DNA from: Heterodontus francisci
Taxonomy: Eukaryota
Assembly (NCBI RefSeq): GCF_036365525.1
Contig: NC_090382.1
Location: 81,226,817-81,290,816 of the forward strand
Length of the DNA: 64,000 nucleotides
Direction of reading: 5' to 3'
Below the pieces are notes generated by a model, which was not told the DNA's origin, searched no databases, and saw nothing but the letters and a program-made list of their open reading frames with translations. Below are positions 50,487 through 61,836 of this stretch, one piece after another. The translations under genes and the position numbers were made by a program. Each line of letters opens with the position of its first letter. The first letter of the stretch is position 1.

Positions 50487-52390
50487 ATGTATTAAACTCA
50501 AATTCAAAAAAAACACTCCTACTGATCCATGTTACATTTGTTTCCTTGCGGATTCTCTTTGATATTGTTACTTTAGTGGCATATTAAGGGCAGTTTTTTT
50601 GCTGTTGGACAGAGATTAGATTACCCAAGCTGATTCACCATCAGAGAGAGGAGACTTATTTCATTGATGTGATCCGGAGTTGGAGCCAGATCCCAAAGGG
50701 AAAAGGACAGTGTGCAAACTCACAATGCCATCCAAAGTTCCATACCCACAGGCCATCATAATGTGACACTGTAGCATTTCAAGTATAGTATAACAGTTAT
50801 CAAAAACTCATCCAAAAATATGAATTTATTACTGACTGGTTCTGACTAAATCTCCACTGTCACAAGTAAATACTTCTTAGTAAAATGAACACAAACAAAA
50901 AAATGGTGGAAACGTACATCAGTTCAGGTAGAATCGGTCGAGACAACAGAAGTTGATGTTTCGGATGTGCAAGCCATCCTAACTGTAGTATAATGTAAGA
51001 TAGTGGACATTGGGTTGCTACTGGGAGGATTATGTAAATAAACTGTGTGCATCATCACAGGAAGTGATGCAATGTAATCTGTGCAGAACCTCATGGAGAG
51101 TTGTAGATGAAAGCTTAGATGCAAGACGTGAATAAACTCCTGTTATGTTAACCGTCAGACTCTTATATGTTTTGTACTAAGCCTTGCTAGTTATCAGGAT
51201 ATTATATGGATGCAGCGGTAAACTAAAAGAGATGGAGAAACCTTTGCCTTTACTGAAGAACTTCGCAAAAAGTAATTGGACTAATCTGAGGCATGACCCA
51301 AATGGGTCTGGAGGTTTGCAAGGTATCGTACTGCATCGGATCTCGTGCAGAAGCCAGATAAGGAGCTGGTCAGTACGCTATTGTATGCAATTGGGGAGTG
51401 TGCAGATGACATCCTCATTACTCAAGGCATAGATGAAGAGAAGGCTATACATAGAGAAGTTATTAAGGCACTCGAGATTTACTTTAATGTAAGAAAAAAA
51501 TGTCTTCATGGAGAATGCCAAATTTAATAAGCATACCCAGCAGAAAGGGGAGAGCATTGATTCATTTATCAATGACTTCTACAAACCTGCGGAGGATTGT
51601 GAATACTGCAGCTGAAGGGAAGAGCGGATTCGAGAGAAGATTGTGGTCGGGGTATTAGACAACACTTTCGGATCATCTACAGTTGAGGGATGACTTCACA
51701 TTAATGAAAGTAATTCAATTGAGCTGACAAGCAGAGGTTAGAAGGTTTAACTAATCTGTTGTTAGAGAGGACAAGGAGAGTCAGATCTTGAGAGTAGCAG
51801 ACTCAATTGAATTGAAGAAAACAAAAGGAAAAATTGGCGGTAAAAGACAAGAAAGACGGGAAGAGCATCTAGTGGTAGCTGCAACCAATTACAGTAAGTG
51901 TGGCTAAGAGAGGCACAAGCAGGAAAACTGCCCAGCCAGAGAAGCTGAGTGTTTCTGATGCAGAAAGATGGGACACTTTCAATCAGTGTGTCGCAATGAA
52001 AAATAAGCACTGAATACAATTAAAGAGAAATCCCAAGAGTGAAAAAAGTTAATGAAGTACTGCACCCTTTTTTTGGTGAAATCCAGGAAACAAGGGAGAG
52101 TTGCTGGATGGCAGAAATTCTTTTGGAAGGCAACAAGACTAATTTTAAACTGGAAACTGCAGCAGTAGTTTCAGTGCTATCAGACACAGAACTGTGGCGG
52201 AAAAATAAACTCTCAAACCAACAGGTAAAATTATATGGACCTGGAGGCGTAGAGTTGAAGACAATGGGAGAGTTAAAGTTAACATTGGGTTACTGGGGTG
52301 AGGAAGTTCCTAAGACCGTATATGTAACTAAAAATCAAAGTTGTTCATTCTTAAGTAGGAAGGCTTGCAAAGACTTACAACTCATATATA

Positions 52391-53465
52391 GGCTGGGATT
52401 TTACAGGGCTCCCGACGTCAGGCTCCGTGGCTGGCGAGGGTTGGGTGGGGGGGTGGGGGGCAGAAGATTGTTCCGGCAGCCACCACAGAGCCTGATGCTG
52501 GGAGGGCTGTGCCTGATCTACCCGGTGGTGGAAACGCTCTGTGGTAGCCCCCCCGACCCTACCCTGCCCCACCGCCACTGGGCGACGGGATCTGGATTAA
52601 CAGATAGTAATTAATTAAATGCATACATTTAAATACACTTACCTGTGATATAATGGTCATCATAATGTGATGCTTCAGGCATTCCAAGCATAGTATAGCA
52701 GTTCTCAAAAACTCATCCTAAAATGTGAATTTATTTTCTAACTGGTTCTGACTAAATTTCCACTGTAGCCAGTAAATACTTCTTAGTAAAATGAACACAA
52801 ACAAAAAATAATGGAAACATACATCAGTTCAGGCAGGAATTTTACAGAGCTCCTGATGTCTTCAGAGCGGTGGCTGGCACTCATATGCCTTCATTTTACC
52901 TTCTGGGGAAATCAGGCGCCGCAGTGGTGGGGAAGGGTAGATTGAGAGATTTTTAGTGCAGTGGGGGAGCGGGGGCCAAATTTTCATCATTAGTGAAGGG
53001 GATGGTGGGAAGGGGTGACCTGTAAACTTTGTTCAGGTATTGGGGGGGAAAGGTCACATTTCAAAGGTAGGTTTTTTTGTGGGGGCGAGGGGAAGGGCAG
53101 AAACGTAATTTTATTGTTATTGGGGGGTGGGAAATGGGCATTAAAATTTTGATTTGAACTGTGGTGGGGTGATTCCGTTTAAAAATTTTAATTTAAAAAT
53201 GGCACCAGCGCCTGCGCACAGGCAGCAGACACCATTGCCGGCGTCAAAGAGGCCGCCTCCTCCACGTGATTGGGGGGGGGGGGGGGGGGGGTGCGGGCCG
53301 ACCGGGGTATTTAAATGAGCTGTTGTGCAGGAGAGTGTGGAGGCATGGCCTGCGCATGTGAGCTGTCATTATTTTCAACTGTTGCCATTTCCGGCGGCGG
53401 GCGCTTACGATCCAGCCCATAGAGTGGAAGAGCTCCAACGTAAGGAAGACCAGCCTAGAAATTTT
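52391..53465. mobile_element. Composite Harbinger-type MITE insertion in Gypsy B pol, containing a copy of local flanking DNA
   Basis: The TIR-like start GGCTGGGATTTTACAGGGCTCCCGACGTC at 52391 is repeated as GGCAGGAATTTTACAGAGCTCCTGATGTC at 52832. The Gypsy frame breaks at 52390 and resumes at about 53465. Confidence 0.7.
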
Positions 53466-53765
53466 AGAGTCAATTTCCAAAATTATTGAGAGGATTGGGG
53501 GAGTTAAAAAACAGCATACCATATTACTCTAAGGAAAGACACAGAACCAGTGTGTTTATATGCACCTAGGAAAGTTCCTCATCCACTTCTGGAGTTTGAG
53601 TTAATGGCAAAACAAGGAGTCATTTCACCTGTAACAAAACCTACAGGGTGGTGCCCAGGTATGGTTCCAGTGAGGAAACCTAACAGTTCAATGAGAATTA
53701 ATGTTGACCTTACACAACTGAATAAGGCAGTGGAAAGAGAAATACATCCAATGTCATCAGTAGAT

Positions 53766-56700
53766 GAATCATAGAATCCTAGAACATTTATGGCATAGAA
53801 AGAAACCACTTGGCCCATCATGTCTGCGCCGGCCAAAAATAAGCCACCCAGTATAATCCCACCTCCCAGCATTTGATCCGTAGCCCTGCAGGTTATGGCA
53901 CTTGAGATGGCATATCCAGACACCTTTTAAATGAGTTGAGGGTTTCTGCCTCTACTATCCTTTCGGGCAATTAGTTCCAGAACCCCACCACCCTCTGAGT
54001 GAAAAAAGCTTTCCTCATCAACCTCTCTAATCTTTCTACCAATCACTTTAAATCTATGCCCCCTAGTCACTGACCTCTCTGCTAATGTAAATAGGCCCTT
54101 CACATCCACTCTATCCGGGCCCCTCCACAAGTTTGTACATTTCATTCAGATCTCACTTCTAAGGAGAACAACCCCGGCCTATCCAATCTTTCCTCATAGC
54201 TGCATTTTTCCAGTCCCGGCAACATACTCGCAAATCTCCTCTGTACCGTCTCCAGTGACCAGAACTGCATACAGTGCTCAAGTTGTGAACTAACCAATGA
54301 TTTATTCGGTTCCAGCATAACCTCCCTGCTCTTATATTCTATACCTCGATCAATGAAGGAAAGGATTCTATATGCCTTCTTAACCACTTTATCGACCTGT
54401 CCTGCTACCTTCAGAGATCTGTTGACATTCACTCCAAGGTCCCTCACTTTCTCTACATCTCTCAGTATTCTCCCATTGATCATGTATTCCTTTGCCTATT
54501 TGACCTCCCCAAATACATCACCTCACACTTTTCCAGGTTGAATTTCATTTGCCACTTTGCTGCCCACTTGACCAGTCCATCAATATCTTCCTGCAGCCTA
54601 CAGCTATCCTCTTCACTATCTACCACACGGCCAATCTTTGTGTCGTCTGCAAACTCCTTGATCATGCCCCTACATTTACGTCCAAATTGTTAATATATAA
54701 CACAAAAAGCAGGAGACCCAGGACTGAGCCCTGTGGAATGCCACTGGAAACAGCCCTCCAGTCGCAAAAGCACCTGTCAACTATTACCCTTTGTTTCCTG
54801 CCACTGAGCTAATTTTGTATCCACTTTGCTGCATTTCCCTGGATCCCATGGGCTTTTATTTTTTTAACCAGTCTGCCATGTGGGACCTTGTCAAAAGCCT
54901 TCCTAAAATCTATGTAGACCACATCAACTGCACTACCCACATCCATCTACCTTGTTACTTCTTCAAAAAAATCAGTCAAATTGGTCAGACAAGATCTTCC
55001 CTTAACAAATCCATGCTGACTATCCTTGATTAATCTGTGCCCTTCTAAGTGACAGTTTCATCTGTCTCTCAGAATTGATTCCAATAACTTGCCCACTACT
55101 GAGATTAGACTGACTGTCCAGTAATTATTCGGTCTATCCCTTGCTCCCTTTTTGAATGGAGGTACAATGTTAGCAGTTCTCCAATACCCTGGCACCATAC
55201 CTGTATCCAGTGAGGACTGGAAAATGATGGTCAGACCTTCAGCTATTTCCTCTCTTGATTCTTTTAACAGTATGGGGTACATTTCATCCACCCTGGTGAT
55301 ATATCAACTTGCAAGAATGCTAATTCCATTAATACTTCCTCTCTCCCTGTGTTCATCACAACCAATACTTCACATCCCTCTTCCTTAACTACAATATCTG
55401 TATCGTCCCCCTCTTTCATGAAGACAGACGCAAAGCGTTCATTCAGAACAATACCAACATCTTCCACCCCTACACATATGTTACCTTTTTGGACTGTTAT
55501 TGGTCCTACCTTTCCTTCGTTATCCTCTTACTCTTAATGTATTGATGAAACATCTTTGGGTTCACCTTGATTTTGCTTGCCAATATTCTTTCATGCACAC
55601 TCTTAGCTTTCCTAATTTCCTTTTTGATTTCACCCCTCCACTTCCTTACTCCTTTCGGCTTTCGGTAGTATTGGACGGAATGTACGCCCCCCAAAAGAGG
55701 GGGCTGGTGGCGGGGGATTGGGGGGGGTGCGGTGTAAAATGGAGTGGGAGGCTTCCACTTCTGCCGCCAACTTACGTGGGGCTGCGGCAGTGAGAAATGG
55801 CCCACATGCCCCAAGCCAATCAAGGCCCTTAAGGGGCCAATTAACAGCCACTTCAGGGCCTCCGCCCATCGCCATGGGGATTTTACGGTTGGCAGGTGGA
55901 CGGCTGAGGCCTCAGAAAAGCCGCCTGATAAAAGTAGGCGGCCTTCTGATAGCCTGGGAGGGCGGCCCTCCTGATTAGGCACCCTGTGCCCGATGGAGGA
56001 CTGCCCCCGATGCCCCAATCAGCCCCAACGTGCCCCCCGCCCCCCAACCAACCTCCCTTGCCTCACCGGGGCCCGACCAATAGCCCCCGGCGAAGCCCCA
56101 AAAACTTACCCATTTTCCAGTGCTCCCCGACATCTTTATTCTTCAGCTGGGTTGCAGTCCCAGCAGTGGCCACCACTCCCAGTGGCACTTCTGGACTGAA
56201 GAGCTGCTGGCCTGCTGATTGGCCTGCAGCTGCATTAGGCGGGACTTCCTGCCTCAATGACTTGGAAGTCACACCTAAGGCCCGTTAAGGGTCTGGGGAC
56301 CATAAAATCCGGTCTGGATCCCCAGGCCCAACGGAGGCAGGATTGCCACCAACTTTTTGGTCGGTGGATGGCTTCCCTGCACCCATCGTGAAATTCCGGC
56401 CATTGAGTTCTCAGTGTCGGTCATATGTTTTCCTTTTCTGCCTTATCTTACCCTCTAAGCTCCTTGACATCCATGGGGCTCTAGATTTGCCCGTCCCACC
56501 ATTTTTCTTTGTGGGAACATGTTTACTGTGAACTCCTTGAATCTCCCCTTTGAATGCCTCCCACTGCTCTGACACTGGTTTACCTTCAAGTAGCTGCTTC
56601 CAGTCCACTTTTACTAAATCACTCCTCAGTTTAGTAAAATTGTCCTTGCCCCAAATGAGAATAACTCCTGTTCTATTCTTGTCCTTTTCCATAATTATTT

Positions 56701-57110
56701 TAAAACTGACTGAATTATGATCACTACCATCAAAATACTCTCCCATTGCCACTCCTTCCACCTGCCCATCTTCATTTCCTTAAACTAAGTCTAAAATTGC
56801 CCTCTCTCTTGCTACATACTGGCCAAAAAAGTTCTGCTGAATGCACCTCAAGAATTCTGCTCCCTCAATTCCTTTCACACTAAAACTATCATAGTTAATA
56901 TTGGGGTAGTTAAAATTCCCTACGATTACTTCATTATTGTTTTTGCACTCCTCTGAGATTTGCCTACATATCTGTTCTTCTATCTCCCTCTGACTGGGGT
57001 CTATAGTACACTCCCAGCAGTGTGATTGCCTCTTTTTTGTTCCTTAACTCAATACATATGGCCTCGTTTGATGAACCTTCCAATATATCATCCCTCCTCA
57101 CAGCTGTAAT
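53766..57110 (-). mobile_element. CR1 LINE (APE-RT-3' end, decayed) inserted into Gypsy B RT
   Basis: GEYFDGSDHNSVSF; IKEFADDTKIG; VTRGHRFKVIG; (ATCATAGA)-type tail at 53766. The host RT resumes at FAKLGKSPIFTKL. Confidence 0.9.
55672..56401. mobile_element. GC-rich MITE nested in the CR1 (same family as 34575-35316, inverted)
   Basis: Ends GGACGGAATGTACG / CGTGAAATTCCGGCC. The internal GCAGTCCCAGCAGTGGCCACC matches the reverse complement near 34800-34822. Confidence 0.78.
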
Positions 57111-58957
57111 TGTTTGCAAAACTAGGGAAGAGCCCAATCTTTACCAAACTGGTCGCAAACAGTGTGTTTTTGCAGTTACCCTTAGATGAATCTAAGCTTC
57201 TAACAACATTTATAACACCATATGAAAGATTCTGTGTTCACAGATTACCATTTGGAATAATATCAGCACCTGAGATATTTCAAAGGATGATGTTGAGGAT
57301 TCTGGAAGGATTGGATGGAATTATTTGGCATATGAATGATGTCCTAATCCATGGAGCCAGTCAAAAGAACACAGTGCCATAGTGAGAGCAGTACTATGAA
57401 GATTGGAAGAAGCAGGTCTCACACTGATCGAGAAATGTGTTTTTTTTCGCAGCCAATGGTAAAATTCCATGGACATATAATAGATTGGTCCAGTATTAAA
57501 GCAGATCCACAAAAGGCAAAAGTGATAAGGGAATTCCCAGAGCCTAAAAATATGACAGAGCTCCAAAGATTTATGGGGATGGTGAATCAAGTAGTAAAAT
57601 TTCTAGCCAACGTAGCTACGATCAATGAGTCGATACGTCAGTTGTTGAAACACGACAATATTTGGTGTTGGAAAGAAGTCTAACAGGAATCATTTGACAA
57701 AATCAAGTAATGTTAATGTCACTAGTGCACCAAGGTACCCTCAGGCTAATGGTGAAGCAGAGAGAGGAGTAAGGACTATGAAGGCATTGTTGAAAAAGAA
57801 TGAAGATCTTTAATTAACACCTCTAAGTTATCGATCGACACCACTTCCGAATGGTTAAGCCTCATGCGAATTATTAATGGGAAGAAGGTTGAAGACTTAA
57901 CTTCCTGCACTGCCAAGTACACTTAAGCCGCAATTATGAGCAGAAGTCTTGGGAGAAGTGAGGGACAGAGAGGATAGAAGTGGGTCAAATCAATCTGAAA
58001 ATTATGACAGACATCATAGAACAAGAAAATTTATCAGACATCCAACCAGGGGAATCAGTTTGGGTTTGAGACCAAAATCGTTATGGAGAAGTGGTCGAGC
58101 AATCACCATAGCCACAATCATTGCATTGTCCAAACTGAACAAGGGATGATAAGAAGAAACAGAAGGTCATTGATGGTGATCCCAAAGAAATAGCAAATAC
58201 AGGAGAACCAATCATCTCAAAGGTTTGATGAGCCAGTGATACTGCAATCAGCCATCAACCCAGAGGACAACCCGAATGAAGAACCTGAGTTATCCAACAG
58301 TGCTACTCAAGCACTACAGAGTCAAAAACAGGATCTAGAAGACTCAAAACCTCAAACCCCTTTGAAAGAAGAAGAACTCATTATGGCAGACTTGTGAAAA
58401 TGCCACAGCCATTATCAACCTGAAAAGAGAAGTCAGAGACTTGGCGGGGTGGGGTGGGGGGTGGGGGGGGGGGCAGTTGGTGGGAGATGTAATATAATAT
58501 ATAGTATAAATATAGTGGACATTGGGTTGTTACTGGGCAGATTATGTAAATAGATTGTGTGCATCATCACAGGAAGTGATGTCATATAATCTATACAGAA
58601 CCTCGTGGAGAGTTGCAGATGAAACCTTAGATGCAAAACATGTAGAATAATCTTCTGTAATTTTAACCATCAGACTCTTATATATTCTGGACTAAGCCTT
58701 GATAGTTATAAGAATATTACACTAACAACAGGATATTACAGATGAACAGCATTTAAAAAGAAATGAAACCAGGGTAGAGACAGAAGAGAAAGAAACACAT
58801 AATGACCACACACACAGAAAAGGAATAAACTGACTTCTAAAATGCTTTGGTAGAGTAAAAAGAATGGATGAATGGCAGAAAGGATAGTGTCTCCTTTCTT
58901 CTCATGCCACAATGAGAGAATTAAATGATGTATGTGAGCTACAGAGTGTGTGAATAG

Positions 58958-60960
58958 TGCCATGGAACTGTTTTTGTTTTCTCCTCTTTAAAAACAGTGT
59001 GCCTTTAAGACTTTGTTTAAAACAGTGCATTTTTAAAAACTAAGGTGCACTGTGTGCCAGCAGCTGCACCCATTCCTAGGCAACAGCAGGAGAGAGAGGA
59101 GATCACACGGTATTGTAACTTTTGATTGTATGTAAAAGACTGGCTTAAATCAGTTTGATCCAGAAACCAGTGAAGCATGATCTAAAGGAAGAAGTGGTTT
59201 ATATCTCAGCAGAAAAATCTACATGAGCTACAGGCTGTGCTTTGACTAAGCAGAAAAAAATCTCTGGGAAAAGAGCATTTGCATTGTTGGAGGTAGCAAA
59301 TTCCTTTTTTACTTCTGAACTCTAAGAGGTCTTTATCTCTGAAGTGACTCTCTGTTGTCTGTTTGTGGTTTCTGGAATTCTCAGTAATGTTTCGACTGAA
59401 AGACGAACAATTTTAAAATCCAAATAGACCTGTTGCTATACTCCTTGTTGAAAGAACTGTGTGACGCCTGCTGCAACCGAAGTGCTTTGAAAGCCTATCC
59501 CTTAGGTTCTGTTCGTTGAATTTGCCTGTTCTACTCTGGGACACCTCACCAACTAGGAACTTAAGACTTACAACCCAGAAACTTATTTATTCCTAAGAAA
59601 CATTACTTTTAAACCAGTTAACCATTGGATTTTGAATGTATGTCTGTGTGCATTAGAGTTAGGATAAATAAGAAGTTATAAAGTCTTTTAGACATAGGTT
59701 TATCTCAATAGTGTTTAAGATTTAGTTTATTAATAAATAGCTAATTTGTTGTTGTTTAAAGATAGCTGTTTTGGTCTGTTTTATTCTGTGGGGTTAATAA
59801 TGTGTTTAATTTGGCTAATTTCTGGTAGGTGGGAAAACTTTAGTGATAGGCTATGACCTGGGGAGTAGTGGGACTGAATTGACAGTGCATTATTCCCACC
59901 TCGGTCATAGCATATTAATTGGGCGTTTCATCTGGGATCATATTAATTGGGGCTTGCGGCTGGGATCATATTAACTGCTCAATTGTGCGGGATCCAATCC
60001 AAATCCAATGCCAATTATGTGAATTATAAGGGGAGTAATAATTTGAAAGAGAAAAAATAAAAGGAACTAGGTTTCTTTTATATAAGGGTAAATGTTGTAC
60101 CATCGGAATGGCATTAGCAGTTGCAGTAGAGTTTCTTGGAAAGGAGAATGTGTCCCTCAATGACCTGACAACTTGAACTAAAAATAAACTAAAAGATTTG
60201 GCAGCAAAATTGGGGTTAGAGTTGAAATCAGGTGCTGAAAAAGCAGTGATAATTGACATAATGACCCAACATCTGGAATTGGAAGAGGAAGAGTAAGAAG
60301 AAGATAATGAGTCAGCGAATGATGCAGTGGAATTAGCTAGATTTCAGTTCGAAATGATAAAAACTTGAGGCTGAAAAAAATTAAGAGAACTTGAACAAGA
60401 AAAAGAAACAGCAATAGCAATAAGAAAGCTTGAACTTCAGAGAGAAAGTGAAAGAGAAGAGAGGGAATTTAGGTTAAACTAGATGGAACAAAGACAAAGG
60501 GGTAGTCTTGAATCCAGGGAAAGTTCTGTTCAGGAAGAATCTGAATTCAGCCCAGAATCCAGAGAAAAGCTATTTAAATTCAGAAAAGCTGTTCCTAAGT
60601 TTGAGGAAAGGGATGTAGAGGAATTTTTCATATCTTTTGAAAAAATAGCCAAACAAACGAAATGACTAAAGGAAAACGGGACACTGCTTATGCAAAGCAG
60701 GCTGATAGGCAGAGCTCATGAAATTTATCCCATGCTTCCTGAAGAGGCTTCTGCAGATTATGAAATGGCAAAAAAGGCTATTCACGCTGCATATGAATTA
60801 GTCCCTGAAGTTTACCATCAGAGGTTTTGGAACTTACAGAGATTGGCTGAGAGGGTAAAGCAAATACATTTTATCTGTTGGATATGGGCATTAAAGATGG
60901 AAACCAGATCTGAGAACCTTAGAGAATTGATTCTCTTGGAAGAGTTTAAAAATTCATTTT
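58958..60960 (+). mobile_element. Gmr1-like Gypsy 5' fragment: LTR (about 58958-59912), PBS region, gag with SCAN-like domain
   Basis: LTR ends TCGGTCATAGCA and is followed by tRNA-Pro-like PBS units. gag from ATG 60108 reads VPKFEERDVEEFFISFEKIA; QSRLIGRAHEIY..DYEMAKKAIHAAYELVPEVYHQRF; LRELILLEEFK. The left LTR boundary is approximate. Confidence 0.8.
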
Positions 60961-61836
60961 CTCACTGTATATCAAGCAAACTTATGAATGGGCCTAACGC
61001 TGTAATTTTTGGCCCTGAAAAGTGCCCAGTCTACCTCAAATTACTCTGGAAGGGTAATGTATCCCAAAAATTTGAGCAATAGGTGAAGCTAGCTGCTTCA
61101 CGCTGCTACTATGCAATAGCAACACATGTGGTGTTGGCCACTAACAGGATGCTGCCGTCAAGCCAAAAAGACATCCTGCCTGTCACACAAATGAGTCATG
61201 TGATATATGAATTTCAATGTCAGTGTGATGCTAGGTATATAGGCTGTACGTCCCAAAGATTGACGGATCGTATCAAACAACATGTCCCTTCTGCTGTTCG
61301 CAACGGACAAAGTACAGGTCGTACCCAACCAGCCCATGCTTCCAAAACTCTAAACACAGTGTACAACATTTGATGTGATTCTGTGATTGGACAAGGTTTG
61401 CTAAATAATCCTTAGTGTGCTAAGAATTACACTGATAACCAGTTGAAGATTGTCAGTAGGGCTTGCAGTGTGGTGCATTTGCGTATACTGGAAGCTACAT
61501 ATATTAATACACAGGGCCCTGTTCTTTGCAGACAGAATATATACACACATTGCGCCTGTTTCAGCTAAGCAAAATAAGTAACAGCCATTCGCTGGTTCAT
61601 TCCTCAGGGCAATGCCTTAACCAATCAGAGTCAAGCTGCCGGGTTTAAATTTCAAACAAAGCTTGGCGGTTAACTGTCAGTTATCGTTAACTGGTGCATT
61701 CTCCAGGGCAACGCCTCTAGCAATCAGAGTTCACTTGCCAACCAATCAGCACTCTCTTCTCATACAGTATAAATTTGTTGTTTCCCCTTACATTAGTATT
61801 CTTGTGGATTGGCCTGATGAGTGCAAGACAAAAACC
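60961..61836 (+). mobile_element. Penelope-like element 3' fragment (GIY-YIG endonuclease)
   Basis: SHVIYEFQCQCDARYIGCTSQRLTDRIKQH (VIY..YIG.T.R signature), later ILEATYI. Degenerate hammerhead-like CTGATGA at 61814. Confidence 0.88.

Larger units (their letters stand above)
50984..58721 (+). mobile_element. Gypsy LTR retrotransposon B (sister family of A; decayed; nested MITE and CR1; RNase H and IN N-terminus deleted near 57722)
   Basis: LTRs at 50984-51206 and 58488-58721. Exact 5-bp TSD CTAAC (50979-50983, 58722-58726). PBS-like TGGATGCAGCGGT, G-rich PPT, gag, protease (FKLETAAVVSVL) and RT (WCPGMVPVRKPNSSMRINVDLTQLN; RLPFGIISAPEIFQR). Confidence 0.93.

Noticed and set aside
59913-59996. 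CRISPR-like repeat-spacer array
   Set aside because: Eukaryotic context, no cas genes, only three short units, and the position directly after an LTR fits PBS duplication.
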